Positions 47,437 to 58,197 are shown, numbered from the stretch's first letter. The stretch: DNA of 64,000 bases from Tateyamaria sp. (GCF_039940735.1 NZ_JBDVGB010000054.1:380-64379); one strand, 5' to 3'. Numbers and translations: made by a program. The notes: generated by a model from the letters alone, not told the origin.

Positions 47437-48045
47437 ATGCAGCAACCAATCATCGTGTGGGATTTTGACGGCGTCTTGAACGCCAATGTCATCGATGGAC
47501 GGTTCGTTTGGGCGGACCGGTTGCAACAGGATTGGGGGATCGACCGGGCTGCGTTGGTGGCGCATCTGTTCCATCGCGACCGGATCGGCCGGATCATGCG
47601 CGGACAAATTGATTTGCGCGATGAACTGCAATTTTGGTTAACAGATGCGGGCCGTAATATCGATGCAGATACGTTTCTGGCCTATTGGTTCGCAAGAGAC
47701 GCTTTGCCTGATGCAAAGGTTGTGCGTCACCTTGAACGCAGCGACGCGACCCACGTGATCGGCACCAACAACGAGGCCCGCCGCGCCGCCTTTATCGAAC
47801 GTGATATGGGCTTTGGCAGCCTTGTTCGCCATATCTTTGCATCGGGCCGTATGGGGCATGCCAAACCTGACACCGCCTATTTCCGCCACATCGAAACATG
47901 GAGCGGGGCGCCCGCCCATGCCCATGTACTGATCGACGATACCCAAGCCAATGTGACCGCCGCCTGCGCACTTGGGTGGCAAGGCTTTCACTTTACAAAT
48001 GAAACGCGCGGCGGATTGCCAGCGTTTCTGGATCAACTGGGATGA
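47437..48045 (+). CDS. HAD-IA family hydrolase
   Basis: WDFDGVL, TNNE, AKPD and LIDD..ANV motifs. Confidence 0.85.
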   Translation: MQQPIIVWDFDGVLNANVIDGRFVWADRLQQDWGIDRAALVAHLFHRDRIGRIMRGQIDLRDELQFWLTDAGRNIDADTFLAYWFARDALPDAKVVRHLERSDATHVIGTNNEARRAAFIERDMGFGSLVRHIFASGRMGHAKPDTAYFRHIETWSGAPAHAHVLIDDTQANVTAACALGWQGFHFTNETRGGLPAFLDQLG

Positions 48046-48116
48046 GGCCACAAACGCCTCTGGCCCCCGCGCAAAAATGATGGCACGAAACCCATCAGAA
48101 ACTTCAGGAGCCTGCC

Positions 48117-48728
48117 ATGGACGACGCCACCGAACGCCACAATGCCAAGATGAAAAAGATCAAGGCCGCCCGCGATAAGATGATGGCGACCAAGACCGAA
48201 GAAAAAGGTCTGATCATGGTCCACACGGGGCCGGGTAAAGGTAAATCATCCAGCGGATTTGGGATGATCATGCGCTGCATTTCACACGGTATGCCGTGTT
48301 CAGTCGTGCAGTTTATCAAGGGAAATTGGGAAACAGGCGAACGGACCTTTCTGCGCGATCGCTTTGCGGACGAGTGCCGGTTTTTTGTGTCGGGCGAAGG
48401 GTTTACGTGGGAAACGCAGGACCGCGAGCGCGACATTGCCGCCGCCCAAAACGGGTGGAAAATTGCGCAGGAACAGATTTTGGACCCTGAAATTTCGTTT
48501 GTTCTTCTGGACGAAATCAACATCGCGTTGCGCTATGATTATCTGGATATCGACGAAGTGGTCGATTTTCTGTTGGAGAAGAAACCGGCCATGACCCACG
48601 TGGTACTGACAGGGCGCAACGCCAAACCCGAGCTGATCGAGGCGGCGGATTTGGTAACCGAGATGACATTGATCAAACATCCGTTCAAGGATCTGGGTGT
48701 GAAGGCGCAAAAGGGTGTGGAATTTTAA
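48117..48728 (+). CDS. cobO: Cob(I)alamin adenosyltransferase
   Basis: HTGPGKGKSSSGFG, QFIKG, GEGFTW, LDEIN, LTGRNA and HPF..G..AQKGVEF. Confidence 0.97.
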   Translation: MDDATERHNAKMKKIKAARDKMMATKTEEKGLIMVHTGPGKGKSSSGFGMIMRCISHGMPCSVVQFIKGNWETGERTFLRDRFADECRFFVSGEGFTWETQDRERDIAAAQNGWKIAQEQILDPEISFVLLDEINIALRYDYLDIDEVVDFLLEKKPAMTHVVLTGRNAKPELIEAADLVTEMTLIKHPFKDLGVKAQKGVEF

Positions 48729-48867
48729 AGCCAATGGCTGGCGCGCGCCCTTGTTGCGCGATGCGGCGTTGCTCGAACATCTGGTTTCAAGGCTTGGGTA
48801 AAAAAATAGACGGAGCCGCGTAGTGTGCTACGCTCGCTGAAAATCGCAGCATAAAGGGAGGAAAAAC

Positions 48868-50667
48868 ATGCTCGATACTTCAGTTTCAGATCAAACTCAG
48901 ACGTTTTTGGATGCATTTGGCGAGACGTTATCAAAAGGGGATATCGCCGCAGCCTGTGACATGTTCGAAGATGATTGTTATTGGCGCGATCTCGTCAGCT
49001 TTACTTGGAATATCAAGACTGCCGAAGGCAAAGATCAGATCTCAGATATGCTGTCCCATCAGCTTGCCGCCACGAAACCGAGTGGTTGGAAAATTGCTGA
49101 GGGCGAAGTTCCAACAGAAGACGGTGGTATTACGACAGCTTGGATTGAATTCGAAACAGAGGTCGCACGCGGGTATGGCTTGCTGCGTCTGAAGGGCGAC
49201 AAAATTTGGACTCTGCTTACCACCATGACCGAGTTGAAAGGCCATGAAGAGCCTGCGGGCGACAATCGGCCTATGGGCGCAAAACACGGGGCGAGTAAGA
49301 ATCGACCGAGCTGGGCGGAAGATCGTGCCACTGAAGAGGCCGAGCTTGGGTACGAAACGCAACCCTATTGCGTCATCATTGGCGGGGGACAAGGCGGCAT
49401 CGCCATGGGCGCGCGGCTTCGCCAGTTGGGTGTGCCAACGATCGTCGTCGAACGTAACGCGCGTGCTGGTGATAGCTGGCGCAACCGATACAAATCGCTC
49501 TGCCTGCATGACCCGGTCTGGTACGACCATCTTCCTTACATGAAATTCCCGGAAAACTGGCCGGTCTTCTCGCCTAAAGACAAGATTGGCGACTGGCTCG
49601 AGATGTATACCAAAGTAATGGAATTGAATTACTGGACAAACACCACTGCCAAGTCCGCCAAGTTTGATGAGACCACAGGTGAATGGACAATCGTGGTGGA
49701 CCGCGACGGTGCTGAGGTTGTGCTGAAACCAAAGCAGCTTGTCATGGCCACCGGCATGTCTGGCAAAAAACGGATGCCAGAATTTGCGGGGATGGATGTG
49801 TTCAAGGGCGTTCAGCAACACTCGTCAGAACATGACGGGCCGGATGCCTGGGGTGGCAAGAAGGTTGTTGTCGTTGGATCTAACAATTCGGCCCATGACA
49901 TCTGCGCCGCACTTTGGGAACAGGACGCTGCTGTCACGATGGTGCAAAGGTCTTCGACGCATATCGTGCGATCTGAGACTTTGATGGAGGTCGCACTTGG
50001 CGACCTTTATTCCGAACGTGCAGTCACCGCAGGTATGACAACGGAAAAGGCGGACCTGATATTTGCGTCATTGCCGTATCGCATTTTGCACGAATTCCAG
50101 ATTCCGGCCTATGCCGCGATGAAAGAGCAGGACAAAGAGTTCTACGACTGATTGGAAAAAGCTGGTTTCTGGCTGGATTGGGGCGATGACGAAAGTGGGC
50201 TATTTATGAAATACCTGCGACGGGGCTCGGGGTATTACATTGATGTGGGTGCAAGCCAGCTGATCATTGACGGCGACGTTAAGTTGAAGCGCGGTCAGGT
50301 CACCGCACTTGATGAAACTGGCGTGGTTCTGGATGACGGTACGCATCTCGATGCTGATCTGGTTGTCTATGCAACCGGCTATAACTCGATGAACGGATGG
50401 GTCGCGGATTTGATCGGTCAAGAGACGGCCGACCAGCTTGGCAAGGTTTGGGGGCTTGGGTCTGACACGACCAAAGATCCCGGACCGTGGGAAGGCGAAC
50501 AACGCAATATGTGGAAACCAACCCAAATTTCCAACCTCTGGATGCATGGTGGAAATCTGCATCAGTCACGGCATTATTCGCAGTTTTTGTCCTTGCAGAT
50601 CAAAGCGCGAATGGAAGGTATTCCGACGCCCGTCTATGGGTTGCAACAGGTCCATCACCTTTCCTAA
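48868..50667 (+). pseudogene. Flavin-containing monooxygenase (N-terminally extended FMO type) interrupted by one in-frame TGA
   Basis: ORFs 48868-50151 and 50152-50667 are contiguous and in the same frame. Carries GGGQGG, WRNRY.SL.LH, ATG, HS, VVGSNNSAHD and YATGY motifs. Confidence 0.85.
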
Positions 50668-50929
50668 GAACAATCACGGAACTTAGAAGCAGGCCTTCGT
50701 ATTCTATCAATGAAGGTCCGCTTCGCCCCCGTAAAGTAGTCTCTCCAACAGTTATTTTTCTGCAGTACGCACCGATCAATCAGTGCGAGGTTTTCAACGA
50801 TGCGATCAATATGGTGTGCCAAACCGCAAACCCGGCATCGCTTTTCCATCTGGTCCAATCGTGGAAACTAAATTACGTCCATATGATGCGCAAAGTGGAA
50901 GTGATCCTGAACAGGGTCAAGGCAGGTTG

Positions 50930-52378
50930 ATGACCAAATCCCTCATGATCCAAGGCACCGGCTCGAATGTCGGTAAATCGATGTTGGTCGCGGGTTTGTG
51001 CCGCGCGGCTGTGCGGCGCGGGCTATCTGTTGCGCCTTTTAAGCCGCAAAACATGTCCAACAATGCCGCTGTGACCACTGACGGGGGCGAAATTGGCCGC
51101 GCGCAGGCTTTGCAGGCAAAGGCGTGTGGGTTGGATGCGCATACCGATATGAACCCGGTGTTGCTCAAGCCCGAAACCGACGTGGGGTCGCAAGTTGTGG
51201 TGCAGGGCAAACGGATGGCAACCGTGAAGGCGCGCGATTATGCGGTGATGAAGCCTACTTTGATGGCGTCGGTTTTAGACAGTTTTAACCGACTGAAGTC
51301 GCAATATGATTTGGTGTTGGTCGAGGGCGCGGGCAGCCCGGCCGAGGTTAATCTGCGAACCGGCGATATTGCCAACATGGGCTTTGCCCGCGCCGCTGAT
51401 GTACCTGTTATTCTGGCAGGCGATATTGATCGGGGCGGTGTCATTGCGCAGCTGGTTGGCACGCAGGCGGTCATTGATGCGGATGATGCGGCGATGATCG
51501 CGGGCTTTGTCATTAACCGATTTCGGGGTGATCCAAGGTTGTTTGATGACGGGTATGCCATGATCGAACAGCATACGGGTTGGCGCGGTTTTGGGGTGGT
51601 GCCGTGGTTCAGCGATGCGTGGAAATTACCGGCTGAAGACGCGTTGGATATCGCGACGCCTGTGCGCAGCAAGGGGCTGCATATCGTCTGCTTCAAGCTG
51701 TCGCGGATTGCGAATTTCGATGATCTTGATCCCTTGGCGCAGGAACCGGGTGTGCGGTTGACCATGTTGCATGAAGGGCAGGCGTTGCCCGCTGATACTG
51801 ATGTGGTGATCATTCCCGGCAGCAAATCCACGCGAGGGGATTTGGCGTTTTTGCGGGCACAAGGCTGGGACGAGGACGTGCGCGCGCATTATCGACGCGG
51901 CGGGCATGTGTTGGGCATTTGCGGTGGATTTCAAATGCTTGGGCATTTTGTGGATGATCCTGATGGGATCGAGGGGGCCGCTGGGCGGACGGATGGCCTT
52001 GGTCTGCTGGATGTCGAAACGGTAATGACTGGGGATAAACGTCTGAGCACGGTGGCCGCGGTGCACGCGCCAAGCGGGCAGCGCTTTGACGGCTATGAAA
52101 TCCATATTGGGCGCAGCGAAGGGCCTGATCGTGCGCGCCCGTTTGCACAGGTTGCGGGACAAGACGAAGGCGCGATCAACGCCGATGGCCGGGTGAGCGG
52201 CAGTTATCTGCACGGTATGTTCGCGGATGACGGTTTTCGTCGGGCGTGGTTGGCGGGTTTGAATGTTACAGCAAGTCAGGGGTCTTATAGCACGACAGTA
52301 GAGGCCACCTTGGATAGCCTTGCCGATCACCTTGAGGCGCATCTGGACGTTAGCGCACTTTTGGCTTGCGCGCGTTAG
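50930..52378 (+). CDS. cobQ: Cobyric acid synthase
   Basis: [43 protein letters not shown] and YLHG. Confidence 0.97.
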   Translation: MTKSLMIQGTGSNVGKSMLVAGLCRAAVRRGLSVAPFKPQNMSNNAAVTTDGGEIGRAQALQAKACGLDAHTDMNPVLLKPETDVGSQVVVQGKRMATVKARDYAVMKPTLMASVLDSFNRLKSQYDLVLVEGAGSPAEVNLRTGDIANMGFARAADVPVILAGDIDRGGVIAQLVGTQAVIDADDAAMIAGFVINRFRGDPRLFDDGYAMIEQHTGWRGFGVVPWFSDAWKLPAEDALDIATPVRSKGLHIVCFKLSRIANFDDLDPLAQEPGVRLTMLHEGQALPADTDVVIIPGSKSTRGDLAFLRAQGWDEDVRAHYRRGGHVLGICGGFQMLGHFVDDPDGIEGAAGRTDGLGLLDVETVMTGDKRLSTVAAVHAPSGQRFDGYEIHIGRSEGPDRARPFAQVAGQDEGAINADGRVSGSYLHGMFADDGFRRAWLAGLNVTASQGSYSTTVEATLDSLADHLEAHLDVSALLACAR

Positions 52379-52402
52379 GGGTGGCAGGCGAAGATCACGA
52401 CT

Positions 52403-52795
52403 ATGCCTCATATCGTTCTGGAATATTCTGCCAACCTCGAAGATCGTCTGGACATGCATGCGCTTTGCGTGGCTTTGAAGGATGCCGCTGCCGTCACAGG
52501 TGTTTTTCCGCCCGCAGGCATCCGGGTGCGGGCGCATGCGGTTGATCACGTGGTGATCGCGGATGGTGACCCGCAGCATAGCTTTATCGACATTTCCATT
52601 CGGCTTGCCGCTGGGCGCGAGACGGCGGCCAAGACGCAGGCGACGGATGCAGTATTTGAGGCGGCGCGTACCTTTACGGCGGACGTGATGGCTGAGAGTG
52701 CGTTTATGTTGTCGTTAGAATTGCGCGAGATCGATGCAGCGTTCAGTCGCAAGGCCAGTTCTATCCGTGATTACTTGCCGCTCGATATGCACTGA
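52403..52795 (+). CDS. hpcD: 5-carboxymethyl-2-hydroxymuconate Delta-isomerase family protein
   Basis: Catalytic Pro at the N-terminus (MPHIVLEYSANL), plus GVFPPAGIRVRA and GR. Confidence 0.85.
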   Translation: MPHIVLEYSANLEDRLDMHALCVALKDAAAVTGVFPPAGIRVRAHAVDHVVIADGDPQHSFIDISIRLAAGRETAAKTQATDAVFEAARTFTADVMAESAFMLSLELREIDAAFSRKASSIRDYLPLDMH

Positions 52796-52803
52796 CGGTG
52801 GAT

Positions 52804-52864
52804 GGCGTAGGTGTCCTACGCCTTACTTCAGAACGTGGCGGGTAAGGCGCAGGTGTCCTGCGCC
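52804..52864. repeat. REP-like doublet
   Basis: GGCGTAGG-TGT-CCTACGCC-TTAC (52804-52826) and GTAA-GGCGCAGG-TGT-CCTGCGCC (52842-52864). Confidence 0.8.
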
Positions 52865-53133
52865 ATAGGGCATCCGGTTCCGGACGCGCGCGATCCGTTC
52901 AGCAAGTTACGGGGCATACACGTCGATAGGCATAAGATGGCGGTTTTGATTATCCGTTCAAATATCGCATGGCTCGTGTGGGCAAAAGTATGCCGCGCGC
53001 CCTGTTCCTAGCGTAAACAGCCGGTTTTGAGTCGAGCCGACGCTGCCGAACTTTTGTGTTCACTCTTGCCATTTAATGCAAACAGCCCGCCGACGGAAAA
53101 CGGCGGGCTGCTTCTTTTAGCGGATCGCGTGAT

Positions 53134-54429
53134 TTACAGTTCCGGATATAGTGGGAAACGCGCGCACAGTTCGGCGACTTCGGCTTTTACCTTATTCTCG
53201 ACGTCGGCATTCCCGTCTTCGCCATTGGCGGCCAGACCATCGACCACTTGGTTGATCCAAGTGCCGATTTGGCGGAACTCGGCCTCGCCGAAGCCACGCG
53301 TAGTGCCTGCAGGGCTGCCCAAACGGATGCCCGACGTAATCGTGGGCTTTTCATCGTCAAATGGCACACCGTTTTTATTGCAGGTAATGTGCGCGCGGCC
53401 CAGTGCCTTTTCGGTCGCGTTGCCTTTAACGCCTTTGGGGCGCAGATCGACCAGCATTACGTGTGTGTCAGTGCCGTGGGTGACCGTATCAAGCCCACCT
53501 TGGTGCAGTTGATCCGCAAGTGCTTGGGCGTTCTTGATGACCTGTTGTTGGTAGGTCTTGAACGACGGGTCAAGGGCCTCGCCAAATGCGACGGCTTTGG
53601 CTGCGATCACGTGCATCAGTGGTCCGCCTTGGATGCCGGGGAAGATGGCAGAATTGAATTTTTTGGCGAGTGCTTCGTCATTCGTCAGGATCATGCCGCC
53701 ACGTGGGCCACGCAGGGTTTTGTGCGTGGTCGTGGTTGCCACGTGCACATGCGGGAACGGGTTGGGGTAGACGCCCGCGGCGATCAGCCCGGCAAAGTGG
53801 GCCACATCGGCCAGCACAACGGCGTCAACCTTGTCCGCGATTTCGCGAATGCGTGCAAAGTCGATGACGCGCGGGATGGCAGACCCACCTGCGATGATCA
53901 TGGCTGGTTTGTGCTCAAGCGCGAGCGCTTCGATTTGGTCATAGTCGATATCAAGTGTGTCGCGGCGCACACCGTATTGCACGGCGTTGAACCATTTGCC
54001 CGACTGGTTGGGTTTGGCGCCGTGGGTCAGGTGCCCACCGGCATCAAGCGACATGCCAAGGATTGTATCGCCGGGTTTCAACAGGGCTTGAAACACACCT
54101 TGGTTGGCTTGCGAACCAGAGTTGGGTTGGACATTGGCAAAATCGCAACCAAACAGTTGTTTGGCGCGATCGATGGCGAGGTTTTCTGCGACGTCGACAT
54201 ATTGGCAACCGCCATAATAGCGACGGCCCGGATAGCCTTCGGCATATTTGTTGGTCATGACGCTGCCCTGTGCTTCGAGCACAGCGGCAGAGACAATGTT
54301 TTCAGACGCGATCAGTTCGATTTCGTCACGCTGGCGACCAAGTTCGCTGCGGATCGAGCCAAACAGTTCCGGGTCGCGGTCTGCGAGGGATTGGGTGAAA
54401 AAGCCATCGGTGCGTTGAGGGGCGGTCAT
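53134..54429 (-). CDS. glyA: Serine hydroxymethyltransferase
   Basis: [24 protein letters not shown] and [13 protein letters not shown]. Confidence 0.98.
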   Translation of the reverse strand: MTAPQRTDGFFTQSLADRDPELFGSIRSELGRQRDEIELIASENIVSAAVLEAQGSVMTNKYAEGYPGRRYYGGCQYVDVAENLAIDRAKQLFGCDFANVQPNSGSQANQGVFQALLKPGDTILGMSLDAGGHLTHGAKPNQSGKWFNAVQYGVRRDTLDIDYDQIEALALEHKPAMIIAGGSAIPRVIDFARIREIADKVDAVVLADVAHFAGLIAAGVYPNPFPHVHVATTTTHKTLRGPRGGMILTNDEALAKKFNSAIFPGIQGGPLMHVIAAKAVAFGEALDPSFKTYQQQVIKNAQALADQLHQGGLDTVTHGTDTHVMLVDLRPKGVKGNATEKALGRAHITCNKNGVPFDDEKPTITSGIRLGSPAGTTRGFGEAEFRQIGTWINQVVDGLAANGEDGNADVENKVKAEVAELCARFPLYPEL

Positions 54430-54600
54430 TGGGTGCTCTCCTGAAGTCGAGTCGGGTCAATTTGGGTCGTTTCCTATCGGAAACGATGTAGAGAGCAAAG
54501 GTTGTAAAGCCATATATGTGCATGAAGCGACGGCAATGCTGGTAAGGGCCGAAATTATATGGTTCTTTTGGCGCAGGCCCGCCACCATAGGAAACTTTAT

Positions 54601-55362
54601 ATGTCGTTGAAAATCGCCTTTGCTGCCAGCCGCGCCCCGTTGGCTCAGACGGCACGGGCCGCGTTGGTGACGCGTTATGGGGATGTGTCTTTCGACGAGG
54701 CGGATGTGATTGTAGCCTTAGGGGGTGATGGGTTTATGCTGCAAACCCTGCACGGCTCGCAGCATTTTTCCGCGCCTGTCTACGGAATGAACCGGGGCAC
54801 AATTGGCTTTTTGATGAACGAGTATTCCGAAAGCGATCTTGAGGCGCGCCTTGAAGCGGCGGAAGAGGCGCTGCTGAACCCCTTGAGTATGACGGTGAAG
54901 GACACACGAGGGCAGACGCATAAGGCACTGGCGATCAACGAAGTGTCGTTGCTGCGGGCAGGGCCGCAAGCCGCCAAGCTGCGCATCACGATTGACGGGC
55001 GCTTGCGCATGGAAGAATTGGTTTGCGATGGCGCTTTGGTGGCCACGCCTGCTGGGTCAACGGCCTACAACTATTCGGCGCACGGTCCAGTTTTGCCAAT
55101 TGGATCGGATGTGCTGGCGTTGACGGCAGTTGCCGCGTTTCGGCCCCGCCGTTGGCGTGGCGCACTTTTGCCCAAAACGGCGCATGTGCAGTTTGATGTG
55201 TTAGAGGTGGAAAAGCGCCCTGTTATGGCGGAAGCGGATTCGCGTTCCATCCGCGATGTGGTCAGCGTTGAAATCCAATCTGAACCCACGGTGGTTCATC
55301 GCATCCTGTTTGATCCGGGGCACGGGCTAGAAGAACGGCTGATTTCAGAGCAATTCAACTAG
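54601..55362 (+). CDS. nadK: NAD kinase
   Basis: GGDGFML, GMNRGTIGFL, NEVSL and TPAGSTAYNYSAHGP. Confidence 0.96.
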   Translation: MSLKIAFAASRAPLAQTARAALVTRYGDVSFDEADVIVALGGDGFMLQTLHGSQHFSAPVYGMNRGTIGFLMNEYSESDLEARLEAAEEALLNPLSMTVKDTRGQTHKALAINEVSLLRAGPQAAKLRITIDGRLRMEELVCDGALVATPAGSTAYNYSAHGPVLPIGSDVLALTAVAAFRPRRWRGALLPKTAHVQFDVLEVEKRPVMAEADSRSIRDVVSVEIQSEPTVVHRILFDPGHGLEERLISEQFN

Positions 55363-55375
55363 GGTCGAGAAAAAA

Positions 55376-55420
55376 GGCGGAGGACACCTCCGCCTTACGT
55401 AAGGCGTATCTTGATACGCC
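55376..55420. repeat. REP-like back-to-back doublet
   Basis: GGCGGAGG-ACA-CCTCCGCC-TTAC directly followed by GTAA-GGCGTATC-TT-GATACGCC, between convergent genes. Confidence 0.8.
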
Positions 55421-55980
55421 TACCCGTCGACAGACACATAGGTGCGCGCAATGTTTGCCGCCTGTTCCACGTCTAAAATCGGCGGCAAAAGTGTCAGTGT
55501 TTCCCCATCCCCATCCAACAAGTGCACAAAGCTGCCATGGGAATAGATCCACCCATATTCCGGATCTTGGAACAACGGCTCAACCTCAACTGAAAACGCA
55601 TCATAGGCGACTTGCAAAGCATCGGCGTCCCCAGTCAGCCCAATGAAGTCAGAATGGATTTCCGCCAAGGGTTCCCCCATCGTGTCCACCTGATCTTGAT
55701 CGGGGGCCACGGTGATCATCACGGGGGTCACAGTGATACCTTCGGCCGCCAAAACGTCGACCACCTCAGCCATCAAAGGCAACGCTGCCGAACAGATGTT
55801 TAGGCAATTGGCGTAGCCAAAAAATACCAGCTGCGCGTGCCCCTCGGGGTCGGCTTGTGTCCTTGTGTCTCCGAATTGGTCGGTCAATTCATAGGGACCA
55901 CCGATATCGACAGGAAAGGGGCTTTGCGCCGCTACAGGTAGGGCGGCGGCACAAAGGAGAGCAGTGAAAATGGAGCGCAT
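55420..55980 (-). CDS. SCO1/SenC family copper chaperone
   Basis: Signal peptide, FFGYANCLNIC (CxxxC), IGLTG and the conserved His in HGSFVHL. Confidence 0.9.
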   Translation of the reverse strand: MRSIFTALLCAAALPVAAQSPFPVDIGGPYELTDQFGDTRTQADPEGHAQLVFFGYANCLNICSAALPLMAEVVDVLAAEGITVTPVMITVAPDQDQVDTMGEPLAEIHSDFIGLTGDADALQVAYDAFSVEVEPLFQDPEYGWIYSHGSFVHLLDGDGETLTLLPPILDVEQAANIARTYVSVDG

Positions 55981-55983
55981 AGC

Positions 55984-56544
55984 TTAGAAATTCTCGTCAA
56001 TAAAAGTTTGGTCCACATCCAGCCCAAGGCCCAAGTAACCGTCTTGCGCGATGATGTCGTTGACGCGGGGATCGCGGCGGAACCATGGGCCTTTGCCCTT
56101 GGCCTCGGGGTGTTCGGCGGCCCAATTTTTGGTCCATTTGTTGGCTTTGATCGGGTCAGATCCGGCGACTTGAATGGTTTGCAGCAAATACACGTTGTTC
56201 GCGCCCAGTTCAGGGTCGTCCAGCATCAGACCATCCACAGTCACGGTTTGTCCACAAAACGGCGCCAGTTCAACGGCGGCCCCGGTAAAGGCGGCCTGAC
56301 TGTTTTTCATCGCCAGTACCAAAACGCCGTCCGCGCTGCGCACAAGACCCATCTGGCGCTTTCCAGCACCACAGTCGTCCGGGCAATCACCAGTCAAAGT
56401 GCACAGCACATCCACCACTTCGGCATCAAACTTTGCGGGGACTTCGGCATAAAGGTTCCAGCTTTTGGCGTTGGAGCCTTCGGAAAAGTCTTGTGCCGCG
56501 AGCGGGCTGGCGATCAGGGCCAGAGATGCAATCAAATACTTCAT
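55984..56544 (-). CDS. Secreted Cys-rich hypothetical protein
   Basis: Signal peptide and VVDVLCTLTGDCPDDCG...FCGQTVTVDG. ATGA-coupled to the upstream gene. Confidence 0.75.
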   Translation of the reverse strand: MKYLIASLALIASPLAAQDFSEGSNAKSWNLYAEVPAKFDAEVVDVLCTLTGDCPDDCGAGKRQMGLVRSADGVLVLAMKNSQAAFTGAAVELAPFCGQTVTVDGLMLDDPELGANNVYLLQTIQVAGSDPIKANKWTKNWAAEHPEAKGKGPWFRRDPRVNDIIAQDGYLGLGLDVDQTFIDENF

Positions 56545-57026
56545 TTCTTCGGCTTCGGAATGGAGAAAGAGGGGACATTGCCATAATCGTCGTGGTTCTG
56601 GTTGGTAATGTCGAAATCAGATGCCACGTTTGCAACGACAAGGTAATTTAAGCCATCTCGTTCATAGTGCATGCCATCAACGTCAACGGTGTGGGCTGCA
56701 AGGTTCAGCAGGGTATCGCCGCCAGCGGATTCTGCGTCTTGATCAACTTTAAGAACCATATAGACAGTGCCGTCTTCGGCCAACACACCCACCGGGATGC
56801 CGCCAGCACTGCACCATAGCGCGCAAGTATGGTGCGCCGAGCCAACAACCGCGTCAGGGCTGCCCATGACGCCCGAATAATAACACCAAGTGTCGATGAT
56901 TTCGCCAGTTACTTGAAGGCGCGTGCCCTCGGCGGCGTGGGCCGATAGCGGCGCGCAAAGCAGTGCAAGAGCTGCGCCAACGGTTGATGGAATGCGTAAT
57001 CTCACGGGTTTGGCCTTTTTTTGCAT
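56541..57026 (-). CDS. Secreted Cys/His-rich hypothetical protein
   Basis: Signal peptide and GEIIDTWCY...HHTCALWCSAGGIPVG...HTVDVDG. Confidence 0.75.
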   Translation of the reverse strand: MQKKAKPVRLRIPSTVGAALALLCAPLSAHAAEGTRLQVTGEIIDTWCYYSGVMGSPDAVVGSAHHTCALWCSAGGIPVGVLAEDGTVYMVLKVDQDAESAGGDTLLNLAAHTVDVDGMHYERDGLNYLVVANVASDFDITNQNHDDYGNVPSFSIPKPKK

Positions 57027-57175
57027 GGCGTTTGATCTTAACTTAACGAGATGACCGTTTCCGTCAATTCACGCTTTGTGTGTTCGAGGTTTTGTGATCG
57101 CTTGGCGGTCGGCACGTCGCGTGTTAACGTGGGCCTAATTAATCAGAGGCACAGAACGGGCCCGGCAAAACAGGT

Positions 57176-58189
57176 ATGACGGCACTCAGCAAATATGACC
57201 GGCTAGAAGCGACGGGTCTGTGGCGCGCCACTGGTGATGCACAACGCCGCGAGGTGTTTGTTGCCATTGGTGATGCGACGCTGGTGATTTCCGATATGAG
57301 CGACCGTGCTTTGGCTCATTGGTCGATTGCAGCCGTTGAACGCGCCGAAGATGCCGAGGGGCGTGCGGTGTTTCATCCCGATGGTGACCCGGGCGAAACT
57401 TTGGAACTGAACCCCGACGAAGCTGAAATGATCGAGGCCATCGACACATTGCGACAGGCCGTGGCCCGCGCGCGCCCCCGACCGGGACGCTTGCGGTGGT
57501 TCGGGGCTGTTGTGTCTGTCAGTGCTGTCGCAGCGGTGGCTGTGTTTTGGCTGCCAGGCGCTTTGGTGGATCACGCGTTGCGCGTTGTTCCACCCGTAAA
57601 AGAGGTCGAAATCGGCGCGGCTTTGTTGTCACGGATTGAACGCGTATCGGGCCCACGTTGTCGCAGCAATGAAGCACGCGCCGCGCTTGATGCACTGGCT
57701 GAACGAACAGGCGCGACGCGCATTGTTGTCGTACCGGGTGGCGTGCGCGAGGCCTTAGCGCTACCGGGGGGGACGGTGCTGTTGAATCGCGGGTTGGTCG
57801 AAGACCATGAATCGCCAGATGTTGCTGCGGGGTATGCCTTGGTCGAACAGGTGCGCAGCACATCGTTACCGCCTTTGCGTGCGTTGTTAGAACATGCAGG
57901 CCCACGTGCTTCGGCGACGTTGTTGACGACAGGTGCAGTCCCCGCATGGGCGCTTGATGATTTCACCGAAGCCCAGTTGTCCCGGTTTGCGCCGGTTCTT
58001 CCTGCCCATATGGTTTTGCCCGTTTTTGAGGAAGCAACTCTGCGCAGCACGCCCTATGCGCGGGCGCGTGATATTTCAGGCGAAGAAACCTTGGCGCTGA
58101 TTGAAGCAGACCCAATGGTTGGCCGCGACCCTGCACCGATCATGCCAGATCGCGACTGGCTGCGATTACAAGCAATCTGCGAGAACTAA
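57176..58189 (+). CDS. Membrane-anchored hypothetical protein with a degenerate M48-peptidase-like domain
   Basis: One TM segment, then ALALPGG.V.L..GL...ESPD..AG. There is no HExxH motif. Confidence 0.65.
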   Translation: MTALSKYDRLEATGLWRATGDAQRREVFVAIGDATLVISDMSDRALAHWSIAAVERAEDAEGRAVFHPDGDPGETLELNPDEAEMIEAIDTLRQAVARARPRPGRLRWFGAVVSVSAVAAVAVFWLPGALVDHALRVVPPVKEVEIGAALLSRIERVSGPRCRSNEARAALDALAERTGATRIVVVPGGVREALALPGGTVLLNRGLVEDHESPDVAAGYALVEQVRSTSLPPLRALLEHAGPRASATLLTTGAVPAWALDDFTEAQLSRFAPVLPAHMVLPVFEEATLRSTPYARARDISGEETLALIEADPMVGRDPAPIMPDRDWLRLQAICEN

Positions 58190-58197
58190 CGCCGCGT

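Noticed and set aside
50149-50151. In-frame TGA as selenocysteine
   Set aside because: The context (FYD*LEKAGF) is not a Cys or redox site in FMOs, and I could not recognise a SECIS-like element.
50668-50929. ORF tail ending at the cobQ start (…[14 protein letters not shown])
   Set aside because: It has no recognisable family or clear start. It may be a gene remnant, but I cannot support that.
52865-53133. Possible RAYT or other gene remnant next to the REP doublet
   Set aside because: No HUH or catalytic Tyr motif and no convincing reading frame.
54430-54600. Riboswitch (ZTP or glycine) upstream of glyA
   Set aside because: Only a short hairpin (TCGTTTCC-GATA-GGAAACGA) is present, without the conserved aptamer motifs.
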